Assembly: GCA_963794995.1 (NCBI GenBank)
Contig: CAWCFV010000002.1
Location: 3,021,556-3,085,555, forward strand
Reading direction: 5' to 3'
From: an uncultured Actinomycetota bacterium
Lineage (GTDB): Bacteria; Actinomycetota; Actinomycetes; JACCUZ01
Length of the DNA: 64,000 nucleotides
Part shown: positions 21,720-35,545 of the stretch, in pieces
Layout: each line of letters begins with the position of its first letter
How positions within the stretch are numbered: the first letter of the stretch is position 1
Position numbers and translations under genes: made by a program
Notes under the pieces: generated by a model
The model's input: the letters and a program-made list of their open reading frames with translations, nothing else
What the model was told of the DNA's origin: nothing
Database searches by the model: none

Positions 21720-22684
21720 ATGGCTGAGGTTCTGGTTCTCGTCGAGCACAGCGACGGTGAGGTCAAGAAGGTCACCGGTGAGCTGCTGACCCTGGCGGCC
21801 CGGCTCGGTGAGCCGGCGGCGGTGTTCGTGGGGTCCGGTTTCGACACCGGCCAAGGAGGCTCTGGCCTCTCACGGCGCGGCCAAGGTCTACGTGGTCGAG
21901 GACCCCGAGGTGTCGGCCTACCTGGTCGCCCCCGTCGCCGAGGTCCTCGCGCAGATCGTGGCCGACTCCTCGCCGGCGGCGGTGCTGCTCGCCTCCAGCG
22001 CGGACGGCAAGGAGGTCGCCGCCCGGCTCGCGATCAGGACCGGCTCCGGGGTGATCACCGACGCCACCGACCTGACCGCCGACGGGGACGGCGTCAGCGC
22101 CGAGCAGCAGGTGTTCGGCGGCTCCACGATCGTCCGGTCGACGGTCATCCACCGGCACCCCGATCGTCACGGTGCGCCCCAACAGCGTCCCCGCCGAGCC
22201 CGGCCAGGGCGCCGCCGAGCGGGTCGACGTGACGGTCGCGCTCTCCGAGGCCGCCAAGGCCGCCCGGATCACCGACCGGGTCGTCGAGGAGAAGGGCGAG
22301 CGCCCCGAGCTGACCGAGGCCGCGATCGTGGTCTCCGGCGGCCGGGGCGTCGGGTCCGGGGAGAACTTCGCGGTCATCGAGGCTCTCGCCGACTCCCTCG
22401 GCGCCGCCGTGGGCGCGTCCCGCGCAGCCACCGACGCCGGCTGGTACCCCCACCAGCACCAGGTCGGGCAGACCGGCAAGACCGTCTCGCCCCAGCTCTA
22501 CGTCGCCGCCGGCATCTCCGGCGCCATCCAGCACCGCGCCGGCATGCAGACCTCCAAGACCATCGTGGCCGTCAACAAGGACCCCGAGGCCCCGATCTTC
22601 GAGCTCGTCGACTACGGCGTCGTCGGCGACCTGCACCAGGTGCTGCCCGCCCTCACCGAGAAGGTCCGGGCCCGCAAGGGCTGA
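21720..22684 (+). CDS. etfA: electron transfer flavoprotein alpha subunit; two frameshifts (near 21850 and 22150)
   Basis: [47 protein letters not shown] and [25 protein letters not shown]. Confidence 0.92.
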
Positions 22685-22758
22685 CCCCGCCCGGGTCCGG
22701 GCCGCGCCTGCCTCGGCGGCGGGGCCCGGCCGGTGGGGCGACGTAGACTCACCCGGCG

Positions 22759-23985
22759 ATGACAGCGACTGCTGGCGCGGGCGTCCCGCCGCGCACCGTC
22801 TACCTCGACCACGCGGCCACCACGCCGATGCTGCCCGAGGCGGTCGACGCGATGACCGCCCTGCTGGGGCGGGCCGGCAACCCGTCGTCGCTGCACGCCT
22901 CCGGCCGGGCGGCCCGCCGCCTGGTGGAGGAGTCCCGCGAGACCGTCGCCGCGGCCCTGGGTGCCCGCCCCAGCGAGGTCCTGTTCACCGGCGGGGGCAC
23001 CGAGAGCGACAACCTCGCCGTCAAGGGCCTGTACTGGCAGCGGCGCAGCGAGGACCCGGCCCGGCGCCGGGTGCTGGCGAGCGCGGTCGAGCACCACGCC
23101 GTGATGGACGCCGTGCTCTGGCTCGCCGAGCACGAGGGCGCCGTCGTCGAGTGGCTGCCGGTCGACAGCGCCGGGCGGGTCAGCCCCGAGACGCTGGACG
23201 CCGCCCTCGCCGCCGACCCGGGATCGGTGTCCCTGGTGTCGGTGATGTGGGCCAACAACGAGGTCGGCACCGTGCAGCCGGTCGCCGAGCTGGCTGCGGT
23301 CGCGGCGTCGTACGGCGTGCCCGTCCACTCCGACGCGGTGCAGGCCCTCGGCGCGCTCCCGGTCGACTTCGCCGCCGCGGGGCTGGACGCCATGACGGTG
23401 ACCGGCCACAAGATCGGGGGGCCGCTCGGGGTGGGCGTCCTCGTGCTGGGGCGCAGCCAGGACCTCGTGCCCGTCCTGCACGGCGGGGGGCAGGAGCGCG
23501 ACGTGCGCTCGGGCACCCTGGACACGCCGTCGATCGTCGGGCTCGCTGCGGCCGCCGAGCTCGCGGCCAAGCGACGGGTCGAGCACGCCACGAGCGTCGC
23601 GGCGCTGCGCGACGACCTGGTGCGCCGCGTGCGCGAGGTCGTGCCCGACGTCGTCCTGCGCGGCGACCCGGACCTCTCGGTGACCCGGCGGCTGCCGGGC
23701 AACGCGCACTTCTCCTTCCCCGGCTGCGAGGGCGACGCGCTGCTGCTGCTGCTGGACGCCCGCGGCATCGAGGTCTCGACCGGATCGGCCTGCTCCGCGG
23801 GCGTGCCGCAGCCGAGCCACGTCCTGCTCGCCATGGGCGTGCCGGAGGACCTCGCCCGGGGGTCGCTGCGCTTCTCGCTCGGGCACACGACGACCGCGGG
23901 CGACATCGACGCGGCCGTCGCGGCGCTCGGCCCGGTCGTGGAGCGTGCGCGGCGGGCCGGCCAGACCGGCGTCCCCCGGGTGTGA
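22759..23985 (+). CDS. iscS: cysteine desulfurase (IscS/NifS family) upstream of mnmA
   Basis: [38 protein letters not shown] and STGSACSAG. Confidence 0.92.
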   Translation: MTATAGAGVPPRTVYLDHAATTPMLPEAVDAMTALLGRAGNPSSLHASGRAARRLVEESRETVAAALGARPSEVLFTGGGTESDNLAVKGLYWQRRSEDPARRRVLASAVEHHAVMDAVLWLAEHEGAVVEWLPVDSAGRVSPETLDAALAADPGSVSLVSVMWANNEVGTVQPVAELAAVAASYGVPVHSDAVQALGALPVDFAAAGLDAMTVTGHKIGGPLGVGVLVLGRSQDLVPVLHGGGQERDVRSGTLDTPSIVGLAAAAELAAKRRVEHATSVAALRDDLVRRVREVVPDVVLRGDPDLSVTRRLPGNAHFSFPGCEGDALLLLLDARGIEVSTGSACSAGVPQPSHVLLAMGVPEDLARGSLRFSLGHTTTAGDIDAAVAALGPVVERARRAGQTGVPRV

Positions 23986-23990
23986 CCGGG

Positions 23991-25070
23991 ATGCGGGTGC
24001 TCGCCGCCATGTCCGGCGGAGTCGACTCGGCGGTGGCCGCGGCCCGGGCCGTCGAGGCGGGCCACGACGTCACGGGCGTCCACCTCGCCCTGTCCAGCAA
24101 CCCGGCGTCGTTCCGTACGGGGGCCCGCGGCTGCTGCACGCGCGAGGACGCCCGTGACGCGCGCCGCGCCGCCGACGTCCTCGGCATCCCGTTCTACGTC
24201 TGGGACCTGGCCGAGCGCTTCCGCCAGGACGTCGTCGACGACTTCGTCGCCGAGTACGCCGCCGGCCGCACCCCGAACCCCTGCCTGCGCTGCAACGAGA
24301 AGATCAAGTTCTCCGCCGTCCTCGACAAGGCGCTCGCGCTCGGCTTCGACGCCGTCTGCACCGGTCACTACGCGCGGGTGGTCGACGGCCGGCTCCGGCG
24401 GGCGGTCGACCCCGCCAAGGACCAGTCCTACGTGCTCGGCGTCCTCACCGCCGGCCAGGTGCGGCATGCGCTGTTCCCGCTCGGCGACACCCACAAGGAC
24501 GACGTCCGCCGCGAGGCGGAGCGGCGCGGGCTCGCGGTCGCGGCCAAGCCGGACAGCCACGACATCTGCTTCGTCGCCGACGGCGACACGGCCGGCTTCC
24601 TCGCCTCGCGGCTGGGCGCCGCGCCCGGCCGGGTCGTCGACACCGACGGCGTGCAGGTGGGGGAGCACGACGGGGCGTTCGCCTTCACCGTCGGCCAGCG
24701 CCGGGGGCTGCGGATCGGCCGGCCGGCCGCCGACGGCCGCCCTCGCTACGTCCTCGACGTCTCGCCGGTGACCCGGACCGTCACGGTCGGCACCGCCGAG
24801 CAGCTCGACGTGCGCGCGCTGGTCGGCTCCCGGCCGGTCTGGAGCGGGCCGGTCCCGGCCGGGCCGACGCGCTGCCTGGCGCAGGTGTCGGCCCACGGAG
24901 CGGCCGTCCCGGCGACCGTGCGGTGCGAGGGCGCCGGCGTGGCCGTCGACCTCGAGCAGCCGCTGCGCGGCGTCGCGCCCGGCCAGGCGGTCGTCCTGTA
25001 CGAGGGGGACACCGTCCTCGGCTCGGCCACGATCGACCGCACCGCGCGGCCCGCGGCCGCCGCCACCTGA
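23991..25070 (+). CDS. mnmA: tRNA 2-thiouridine(34) synthase MnmA
   Basis: [42 protein letters not shown] and PGQAVVLY. Confidence 0.95.
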   Translation: MRVLAAMSGGVDSAVAAARAVEAGHDVTGVHLALSSNPASFRTGARGCCTREDARDARRAADVLGIPFYVWDLAERFRQDVVDDFVAEYAAGRTPNPCLRCNEKIKFSAVLDKALALGFDAVCTGHYARVVDGRLRRAVDPAKDQSYVLGVLTAGQVRHALFPLGDTHKDDVRREAERRGLAVAAKPDSHDICFVADGDTAGFLASRLGAAPGRVVDTDGVQVGEHDGAFAFTVGQRRGLRIGRPAADGRPRYVLDVSPVTRTVTVGTAEQLDVRALVGSRPVWSGPVPAGPTRCLAQVSAHGAAVPATVRCEGAGVAVDLEQPLRGVAPGQAVVLYEGDTVLGSATIDRTARPAAAAT

Positions 25071-25091
25071 GGTCCCGGCGGGCTGACTACG

Positions 25092-25569
25092 GTGGTCGAC
25101 GTGACCGGCACCGACGGCGACCTCCGCTGGCTGACCGCTGTCGTCGAGCGCGCGACCCGCAACGTCGCGGAGGGCGGCGGCCCGTTCGCGGCCGTCGTGG
25201 TGCACGACGGCGCGGTCGTCTCCGAGGGGGTCAACCGGGTCACCCGCGACCTCGACCCGACCGCGCACGCCGAGGTCGTCGCCCTCCGCGCCGCCTGCCA
25301 GGCACTGGGCGACTTCCACCTCCCGGGCGCGGTCCTGGTGTCGTCCTGCGAGCCGTGCCCGCTGTGCATCTCGGCGGCGCTGTGGGCCCGGGTCGACCGG
25401 GTCGTCTACGCCGCCGACCGGGACGACGCCGCCCGCGCCGGGTTCGACGACCGGGCGTTCTACGAGCTGTTCGAGACGCCCCGGCAGTCCTGGGCGGTGC
25501 CGGTCGCGCAGGACCGGGTGGACGGTGCCGCCGCGCCGTTCGAGGCCTGGCTGGGCAAGGCCGACCGCG

Positions 25570-25580
<11 letters not shown>
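25092..25580 (+). CDS. zinc-dependent nucleoside/guanine deaminase (CDA fold, GuaD-like)
   Basis: GGPFAAVV, DPTAHAEV, SSCEPCPLC and AGFDD..FY. Confidence 0.85.
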
Positions 25581-28757
<3,177 letters not shown>

Positions 28758-28809
28758 CGCCGGCCGCACCCCGGCACGGACGGCGGCACCTGCGGGGGCG
28801 CTCACTAGG

Positions 28810-29190
28810 ATGGCGGTCCGCGTCCCGCCCGTCCGCCCCCAGCCCGAGGAGCCGAGCCCCGCGATGCCCGACGACCCGACCGACCCCGGGGCGCCCGCGA
28901 TCACGCGGGACGAGGTGGCCCACCTCGCGCGGCTGGCCAGGCTGTCGCTGGAGCCCGACGAGCTCGACCGCTTCGGCGGCCAGCTCGGTGCGATCGTCAC
29001 GGCGATCTCTCGGATCGGCGACCTGGACACCGCCGACGTGCCGCCCACGTCCCACGCGCTGCCGCTCACGAACGTGACCCGTCGCGACGAGGTGCGTCCG
29101 GGGCTGACGCAGGCCCAGGCCCTCTCGGGGGCGCCGGCGGCCGAGGACGGCCGGTTCCGGGTGCCCCGCATCCTGGGGGAGGAGGCCTGA
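28810..29190 (+). CDS. gatC: Asp/Glu-tRNA amidotransferase subunit C (start may be 28864)
   Basis: [30 protein letters not shown] and [10 protein letters not shown]. Confidence 0.92.
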   Translation: MAVRVPPVRPQPEEPSPAMPDDPTDPGAPAITRDEVAHLARLARLSLEPDELDRFGGQLGAIVTAISRIGDLDTADVPPTSHALPLTNVTRRDEVRPGLTQAQALSGAPAAEDGRFRVPRILGEEA

Positions 29191-30734
29191 TGGCCGACCT
29201 CACCCGCCTCACCGCGGCCCGGACCGCCGAGGTGGTCGCCTCCGGCGAGGCCAGCGCGCTGGACGTGGCCGAGGCGCACCTGTCGCGGATCGACGCCGTC
29301 GACCACGCGGTCCACGCCTTCCTGCACGTCGACGCCGAGGGCGCCCGCTCGGCGGCTCGCCGGGTCGACGCGCAGCGTGCGGCCGGGGAGCCGCTGGGTC
29401 CGCTGGCCGGTGTGCCGGTGGCGCTCAAGGACGTGCTCGCCACCGAGGGCGTGCCCACCACCTGCGGCTCGCGGATGCTCGAGGGCTGGCGACCGCCCTA
29501 CGACGCGACCGTGGTGGCCCGGCTGCGCGCCGCCGGCGTGGTCGCGCTGGGCAAGACCAACATGGACGAGTTCGCCATGGGCAGCTCGACCGAGCACTCG
29601 GCCTACGGCCCCACGCACAACCCGTGGGACCTCGACCGGATCCCGGGCGGCTCCGGCGGCGGGTCGGCCGCGGCGGTCGCGGCCTTCGAGGCTCCGCTCG
29701 CCGTGGGCACCGACACCGGCGGCTCGATCCGCCAGCCCGCGGCCGTCACCGGCACGGTCGGGGTCAAGCCGACCTACGGCGGCGTCAGCCGCTACGGGCT
29801 CGTCGCCCTCGCCTCGTCGCTGGACCAGGCCGGACCGTGCTCGCGCACGGTGCTGGACGCCGCCCTGCTGCACGCCGTCATCGCGGGTCACGACCCGCGC
29901 GACTCCACGTCGATCGACGCGCCGGTGCCCGACGTCGTCGCCGCGGCGCGGCAGCAGGACGTGCGGGGGATGCGCGTCGGCGTCGTCCGTCAGCTCGGCG
30001 GCGAGGGCTACCAGGCCGGCGTCGAGCAGCGCTTCCGCGAGGCGGTCGACCTGCTGTCGTCGATGGGCGCCGAGGTCGTGGAGGTCGACTGCCCGCACTT
30101 CGAGTACGCGTTGCCTGCCTACTACCTCATCCTCCCGAGCGAGTGCTCGTCGAACCTCGCCCGCTTCGACGCGATGCGCTACGGGCTGCGCGTCGGTGAC
30201 GACGGCACCGGGAGTGCCGAGGACGTCATGTCGCGCACCCGGGAGGCCGGCTTCGGCGCCGAGGCGAAGCGCCGCATCATGCTCGGCACCTACGCGTTGT
30301 CCAGCGGCTACTACGACGCCTACTACGGCCAGGCGCAGAAGGTCCGCACGCTCGTGGTCCGCGACTTCGACGCCGCGTTCGCCCAGGTGGACGTCCTCGT
30401 CTCGCCCACGACGCCGACGACCGCGTTCCGCATCGGCGAGCGGGTCGACGACCCGATGTCCATGTACCTCGCCGACCTCTGCACGATCCCGTCCAACCTC
30501 GCGGGCAACGCCTCGATGTCGCTGCCCGTCGGGCTGGCCCCGGAGGACGGCCTGCCGGTCGGCCTGCAGGTCATGGCCCCGCCCATGCACGACGACCGGC
30601 TCTACCGGGTGGGCGGCGCGCTCGAGGCGGCGCTCGCGGACCGCTGGGGCCACCTGCTCGTCGACGAGGCACCCGACCTCACCACCCTGACCACGTCCAC
30701 ACCGACCGCCACGGCCGCGGAGGCAGCGCAGTGA
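29190..30734 (+). CDS. gatA: Asp/Glu-tRNA amidotransferase subunit A
   Basis: [39 protein letters not shown] and [19 protein letters not shown]. Confidence 0.97.
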   Translation: MADLTRLTAARTAEVVASGEASALDVAEAHLSRIDAVDHAVHAFLHVDAEGARSAARRVDAQRAAGEPLGPLAGVPVALKDVLATEGVPTTCGSRMLEGWRPPYDATVVARLRAAGVVALGKTNMDEFAMGSSTEHSAYGPTHNPWDLDRIPGGSGGGSAAAVAAFEAPLAVGTDTGGSIRQPAAVTGTVGVKPTYGGVSRYGLVALASSLDQAGPCSRTVLDAALLHAVIAGHDPRDSTSIDAPVPDVVAAARQQDVRGMRVGVVRQLGGEGYQAGVEQRFREAVDLLSSMGAEVVEVDCPHFEYALPAYYLILPSECSSNLARFDAMRYGLRVGDDGTGSAEDVMSRTREAGFGAEAKRRIMLGTYALSSGYYDAYYGQAQKVRTLVVRDFDAAFAQVDVLVSPTTPTTAFRIGERVDDPMSMYLADLCTIPSNLAGNASMSLPVGLAPEDGLPVGLQVMAPPMHDDRLYRVGGALEAALADRWGHLLVDEAPDLTTLTTSTPTATAAEAAQ

Positions 30735-30925
30735 AGAACATCAAGTCGATCGTCACCTTCGTCACCACCGCGATGGCCGGGCGCACCGCGCTGCAGCGGC
30801 TGCGCCAGGCCCGCGAGGACGGCGACCGGCTCGAGCTGGTCGACGCCGTGCTCAACGCGATCGTGCTCGTGACCGGCACGATCATCATCGTGCGCCGGCT
30901 GCGCCGCGGCGAGGACGAGGCCTAG
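30731..30925 (+). CDS. 64-aa small membrane-associated protein between gatA and gatB
   Basis: Overlaps the gatA stop (GTGA); hydrophobic C-terminal helix [20 protein letters not shown]; translationally coupled layout. Confidence 0.65.
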   Translation: MKNIKSIVTFVTTAMAGRTALQRLRQAREDGDRLELVDAVLNAIVLVTGTIIIVRRLRRGEDEA

Positions 30926-30928
30926 CCC

Positions 30929-32452
30929 GTGACGGTCTCCACCTCCCCGGGGCTGCTCGACTACGACGAGGCCGTCGCCCGGTTCGACCCGGTGCTCGGG
31001 CTCGAGGTGCACGTCGAGCTCGGCACCGTCTCGAAGATGTTCTGCGGCTGCGCCACCGAGTTCGGTGCGGCGCCCAACAGCCAGACCTGCCCGACCTGTC
31101 TCGGGCTGCCCGGGTCGCTGCCCGTCCTGAACGAGACCGCCGTCGAGTCGACCGTGCGGGTCGGCCTCGCCCTGGGCTGCGACATCGCCTCGTGGTGCCG
31201 GTTCGCCCGGAAGAACTACTTCTACCCGGACATGCCGAAGAACTTCCAGACCTCGCAGTACGACGAGCCGATCTGCACCGACGGCCACCTCGACGTGTCG
31301 GTCGAGGCCCCCGAGGGGCCGCGCTCCTTCCGGATCGAGATCGAGCGCGTCCACATGGAGGAGGACACCGGCAAGTCCCTGCACGTCGGTGGCGCCACCG
31401 GCCGCATCCACGGGGCCGACTACTCGCTCGTGGACTACAACCGGGCCGGCATCCCCCTCATCGAGATCGTCACCAAGCCGGTCGAGGGCACCGGCGCGCT
31501 CGCGCCGCAGGTGGCGCGCGCCTACGTCACGGCCCTGCGCGAGCTGATGCGCACCCTCGGTGTCTCCGACGTGCGGATGGAGCAGGGGTCACTCCGGTGC
31601 GACGCGAACGTGTCGCTGCGCCGGTCGCCGTCGGACCCGCTCGGGACCCGGTCGGAGACCAAGAACGTCAACTCGCTGCGCTCGGTCGAGCGCGCGCTGC
31701 GGCACGAGATCTGCCGGCAGGCGGCGCTGCTCGAGGCGGGCGGCCGGGTGGTCCAGGAGACCCGGCACTGGCACGAGGACAGCGCGAGCACCACGTCGGG
31801 CCGGTCGAAGGAGCAGGCCGAGGACTACCGCTACTTCCCCGAGCCGGACCTGGTGCCGGTGGCCCCGTCCGCCGCCTGGGTGGAGCAGCTCCGGGCCGAC
31901 CTGCCGCCCCCGCCGGGTGTCCGTCGCCGCGAGCTGCAGGCCGCCTGGGGGATCGGCGACCCGGAGATGCAGGCACTGGACAACGCCGGTGCCGTCGACC
32001 TCGTCGAGGCGACGGTGGCGGCGGGTGCGTCCTCCGACGCGGCCCGCAAGTGGTGGCTCGGTGAGCTGGCCCGGCAGGCCAACGAGCGCCAGGTCGACCT
32101 GGCGGAGCTGCCGGTGACGCCTGCGCAGGTCGCCCAGGTGGTGTCCCTCGTCGAGTCCGGGACGGTCAACGACAGGCTCGCCCGGCAGGTCATCGAGGGA
32201 GTCCTCGCCGGCGAGGGGGAGCCGTCCGAGGTCGTCGCGGGCCGGGGGCTGGCCGTCGTGAGCGACGACGCGGCGCTGATCGCCGCCGTCGACGAGGCGC
32301 TCGCGGGCCACCCCGACGTCGCGGAGAAGATCCGTGGCGGCAAGGTGGCCGCGGCCGGGGCGATCGTCGGCGCGGTGATGAAGGCGACCCGGGGCCAGGC
32401 CGACGCCGGCCGGGTCCGTGAGCTCGTGCTGGAGCGCTGCGGGCAGGTCTAG
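30929..32452 (+). CDS. gatB: Asp/Glu-tRNA amidotransferase subunit B
   Basis: [47 protein letters not shown] and YRYFPEPDL. Confidence 0.97.
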   Translation: MTVSTSPGLLDYDEAVARFDPVLGLEVHVELGTVSKMFCGCATEFGAAPNSQTCPTCLGLPGSLPVLNETAVESTVRVGLALGCDIASWCRFARKNYFYPDMPKNFQTSQYDEPICTDGHLDVSVEAPEGPRSFRIEIERVHMEEDTGKSLHVGGATGRIHGADYSLVDYNRAGIPLIEIVTKPVEGTGALAPQVARAYVTALRELMRTLGVSDVRMEQGSLRCDANVSLRRSPSDPLGTRSETKNVNSLRSVERALRHEICRQAALLEAGGRVVQETRHWHEDSASTTSGRSKEQAEDYRYFPEPDLVPVAPSAAWVEQLRADLPPPPGVRRRELQAAWGIGDPEMQALDNAGAVDLVEATVAAGASSDAARKWWLGELARQANERQVDLAELPVTPAQVAQVVSLVESGTVNDRLARQVIEGVLAGEGEPSEVVAGRGLAVVSDDAALIAAVDEALAGHPDVAEKIRGGKVAAAGAIVGAVMKATRGQADAGRVRELVLERCGQV

Positions 32453-32461
32453 GGTCGAGGT

Positions 32462-32713
32462 ATGCCGCTGCCGGCCCGCGCCGCGCTGGTCGCGGCGGCC
32501 CTGGCCGCCGCGGTCGTCCTCGGGCCCGGCCTGCTGAGCAGCCCGGCCCCCGAGCCGACCGCTTCACCCACCGCGAGCCCGACGGACCTGCGGGACGCGG
32601 CGGAGCCGTCGGCGGTTCCCGCGCCGCCCCCGCCGGGCACCGCGGCGCGGGCTCCGGGGAACGCGTTCGTCGACTCGCCGGCCCGGCTGCTCCGGCTCCC
32701 CAGGTCCTCCTGA
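32462..32713 (+). CDS. possible small secreted Pro/Ala-rich hypothetical protein
   Basis: Signal-peptide-like N-terminus followed by low-complexity sequence. Fills the gap between gatB and DUF3179. Confidence 0.3.
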   Translation: MPLPARAALVAAALAAAVVLGPGLLSSPAPEPTASPTASPTDLRDAAEPSAVPAPPPPGTAARAPGNAFVDSPARLLRLPRSS

Positions 32714-32720
32714 CCGGCGC

Positions 32721-33920
32721 TCAGCGCACCAGCACCGTGTCCGGCTCGAAGGCAGCCCACGCGAACCAGAACGTGTCGATGTGCGCGACGGGCTCGAGCT
32801 GCCGGCCGGCGAGCGGGCCGCGCACGGCCCGGCCGAGGATGTCCCAGGTGGTGCCGGTCTGGTCGTCGAGGAAACGGTCGGCTCCCTCGGCCGTGAAGGT
32901 GAGCCGCTGCCCTGCGGACCGCGGGACGAAGACCCCGGTCGCCGGCACCGCGCGGCCCGCGTCGACAGCGGCGGCCTCGAGCGCCGAGCGCAGCCCCTCC
33001 GCCCCGAGGACGACGACGTCGCGTCCCTCGCCCTGCAGGTCGACGACCCGGTCGGCGGCCAGCCGGGACTGGGTGAGCGCCAGCGGCGGTCCCTCGACCA
33101 GGGCCGTCACCCGCTCCTTCGGCGGCAGCCGCGCGTCGGCCTCGCCGTCGAACAGGAACGGGTCGGTGTCGGGCTGGTCGTAGCCCACGTAGGGGTTGCG
33201 GCCGTAGTCCCGCCCGCTGTCGGCCGGCCGCGCCAGCACCCAGCCGTCGGGGTGGGCCTCGGACCACTGCGCCCACGACACGGTGGCGACCGGCAGCCGC
33301 CGCAGCTCCTCCCCGGCGAGGACGCCGGCCACCGCCCGGCCCTCGATCTGGGCCCACAGCGACTCGGTCTGGCGGTCGTACATGACCAGGTCGGAGTTGT
33401 AGAGCCTGCCCGAGGTGCCGAAGGTGAGCAGCCGGTCGCCGAGGCGCCGGTCGAACGCCAGCGCGGAGTTGCACAGCGGGCAGTACGTCACGGCGACCGG
33501 CGTGCCGTCGACCGTGTCGTTGACGATCTCGTGCCAGATCATGACCTGCACCGGGTAGGCGCGGGCCCGGTCGCCGACGGTGAAGCTCAGCACGGCCTCC
33601 TCGTCGGCCAGCCAGTCGACCTCGTCCGCGCGCTGGAAGGTCGGCTCGTCGACGGGCGGGATGCCGTCCGGCGGCGGACCGCCCGACAGCACCCGCGCCG
33701 GGTCGACGAGCGGCTCGGGGAGGCGCTCGTCGTCGATGTCGTCCAGCGCCGAGGGGACCTCCTCGCGTGCGGACTGCTCCACCGCCTCGAGCGTGACCGC
33801 CGGCGCCGGTCCGGACGCGTTCCCTCCGGCACCGGACGGGCCCGCGGTCTGCTCGGCGCAGGCGGCCAGCAGCAGCACCCCGGCGACGGCGAGGGCGGCC
33901 CGGCGCGGCACCCGGGTCAC
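32721..33920 (-). CDS. DUF3179-family lipoprotein with CxxC
   Basis: Lipobox LLLAAC, SGGPPPDGIP, RAYPVQVMIWHEIVND, VTYCPLCNS, GRLYNSDLVMYDRQTESLW and FWFAWAAF. Confidence 0.8.
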   Translation of the reverse strand: MTRVPRRAALAVAGVLLLAACAEQTAGPSGAGGNASGPAPAVTLEAVEQSAREEVPSALDDIDDERLPEPLVDPARVLSGGPPPDGIPPVDEPTFQRADEVDWLADEEAVLSFTVGDRARAYPVQVMIWHEIVNDTVDGTPVAVTYCPLCNSALAFDRRLGDRLLTFGTSGRLYNSDLVMYDRQTESLWAQIEGRAVAGVLAGEELRRLPVATVSWAQWSEAHPDGWVLARPADSGRDYGRNPYVGYDQPDTDPFLFDGEADARLPPKERVTALVEGPPLALTQSRLAADRVVDLQGEGRDVVVLGAEGLRSALEAAAVDAGRAVPATGVFVPRSAGQRLTFTAEGADRFLDDQTGTTWDILGRAVRGPLAGRQLEPVAHIDTFWFAWAAFEPDTVLVR

Positions 33921-34804
33921 GACTGCGCGGTCTCCTTCGGCCGGTCGGGGCGACGCGCGCCGACGACCAGCGCGCCGACGCCCAGCAGGACCACCACCAG
34001 CAACCCGGTCAGCACCGTCGGGCCGAGCCCCACGACGAAGCGGGTCAGCTCCGACTGCACGCGGGTCGCCGCGTCGACCACCGGGTCCCCGGTCGACCGG
34101 CCGGCGAGGACCCGGATCTCGAACCAGCCGTACCAGGTGACGTAGGCGCCGGCGACGACGAGCAGCGCGGCACCGAGCCGGTCCAGCAGGGGACCGGCCC
34201 GCCGCAGCCGGGCCACCGCCGACCCGCGCGCCAGGGCGACCGCCATGGCCAGGCCGGTGACGACGGCGCCCATCCCCAGCGCGTAGACCACGAAGGTCAG
34301 CAACGCGCCCCCGGCGCTGCCACCGCGCGAGGCTGCTCCGGTGACCGCGAGGAACGGCCCGATCGTGCAGGACAGCGACGCGGCGGCGAACCCGGCGCCG
34401 TAGAGCACCTGTGACCGCATCGTGCGGCTCGGGGCGCGCCCGACCCTGGCCAGCGCACCGATGCCCGGCAGGTGCCCGCCGCGGACCAGCATCCAGGCGC
34501 CGGCGAGGAGCAGGCCGATCCCGATGACCACCGTCACCACGGGCAGGTAGCGCTCGATCGACAGGCTGAGCCGGGCCAGCACGGCGCCGAAGACGCCGAA
34601 GACCGCGACGAACCCGGCGGTCATCGCCACGCTGAAGCGGGCGGCCCGCAGCACCTGGCCGCGGGTGGTGGTCGTCGTCCCGTCGGCCGGGTCGGCGACG
34701 AGCATGAGCAGGTACGCCGGGAGCAGCGCGAAGCCGCACGGGTTGAGCGCGGCCACCGCGCCGGCGACGAGGGCGAGCGCCAGGGGGAGGTCGGGTGCGC
34801 CCAC
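33917..34804 (-). CDS. CcdA/DsbD-type transmembrane electron transporter
   Basis: AALNPCGFALLPAYL and ASLSCTIGPFL (two conserved TM cysteines), YALGMG, and multiple TM helices. Confidence 0.85.
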   Translation of the reverse strand: MGAPDLPLALALVAGAVAALNPCGFALLPAYLLMLVADPADGTTTTTRGQVLRAARFSVAMTAGFVAVFGVFGAVLARLSLSIERYLPVVTVVIGIGLLLAGAWMLVRGGHLPGIGALARVGRAPSRTMRSQVLYGAGFAAASLSCTIGPFLAVTGAASRGGSAGGALLTFVVYALGMGAVVTGLAMAVALARGSAVARLRRAGPLLDRLGAALLVVAGAYVTWYGWFEIRVLAGRSTGDPVVDAATRVQSELTRFVVGLGPTVLTGLLVVVLLGVGALVVGARRPDRPKETAQS

Positions 34805-34805
34805 G

Positions 34806-35366
34806 TCAGCCCAGCATCGCGCGCGCCGTCTGCTCGAGCTGCTCGCCCGTCAGGGCGCCGTTGACGACCTCGACGTCACCGGCGGCGTCGATGAAGGCGA
34901 ACGACGGCTGGCCGACGACACCGAACGCGCTCCAGATCGAGCCGTCGGCGTCGACGACGTGGGCGAAGCCGTCGGTGCCCGTGTCGGAGACGAAGCGCTC
35001 CATGTCGCCCTCGGGCCCGCGGCCGGGGACCCCGATCAGGGTGACGTCGCCGGCGAGGCGCTGCGCGGTCGCCACGACCTCGGGCGCCTCGGCCCGGCAG
35101 ATCGTGCACCAGGGCGCCCAGAACCACAGCACCGTGGGCGTGCCGTCGAGCCCGGCGAAGTCGAACTGCCCGCCGCCCAGCGTCGAGGCCTCCAGCGAGG
35201 CGGTCGCCTGCGCGATCTGGGAGGCCGCTGCGGAGCCGGCGTCCTGGGAGGCCGCCGACCCGGGCGCGGGGCCGGCCCCGTCCGTGGCGGGCGCCGCCCC
35301 GCCCCCGCACCCGGTCACGACGAGCGCGACCGCGGCGGCCAGGGTGAGACGTACGAGCGAGGTCAC
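34806..35366 (-). CDS. TlpA/ResA-like thioredoxin lipoprotein
   Basis: Lipobox VVTGC, WFWAPWCTICRAEAP and FGVVGQPSFAFID. Confidence 0.85.
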   Translation of the reverse strand: MTSLVRLTLAAAVALVVTGCGGGAAPATDGAGPAPGSAASQDAGSAAASQIAQATASLEASTLGGGQFDFAGLDGTPTVLWFWAPWCTICRAEAPEVVATAQRLAGDVTLIGVPGRGPEGDMERFVSDTGTDGFAHVVDADGSIWSAFGVVGQPSFAFIDAAGDVEVVNGALTGEQLEQTARAMLG

Positions 35367-35444
35367 GCGTCCTCCAGGAGGTGGGCTGGACTGGGCTGGA
35401 CCTGGGAACCCGCCCGCGACCCCCCCGCTTCCCCCACCCGCCGC

Positions 35445-35472
35445 CGGTTGATCACGTGGACGTGATCGACCG
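35445..35472. repeat. 28-bp palindrome (operator or REP-like) upstream of the tlpA-ccdA-DUF3179 operon
   Basis: CGGTTGATCACGT-GG-ACGTGATCGACCG: 13-bp arms with a single mismatch. Confidence 0.6.
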
Positions 35473-35545
35473 CCGCCGGCAGCGGTGAGTACGCCACAGG
35501 CGGGGGAGGTACGCCACTACCGGTCGGCCGATCGGTGGGGGGCGG

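Noticed and set aside
21720-22684. Programmed frameshifting in etfA
   Set aside because: There is no slippery heptamer or known precedent, and the same indel pattern affects many genes in the window, so sequencing error is more likely.
32721-33920. Selenocysteine in the DUF3179 or TlpA redox motifs
   Set aside because: Both motifs are ordinary CxxC with no in-frame TGA.
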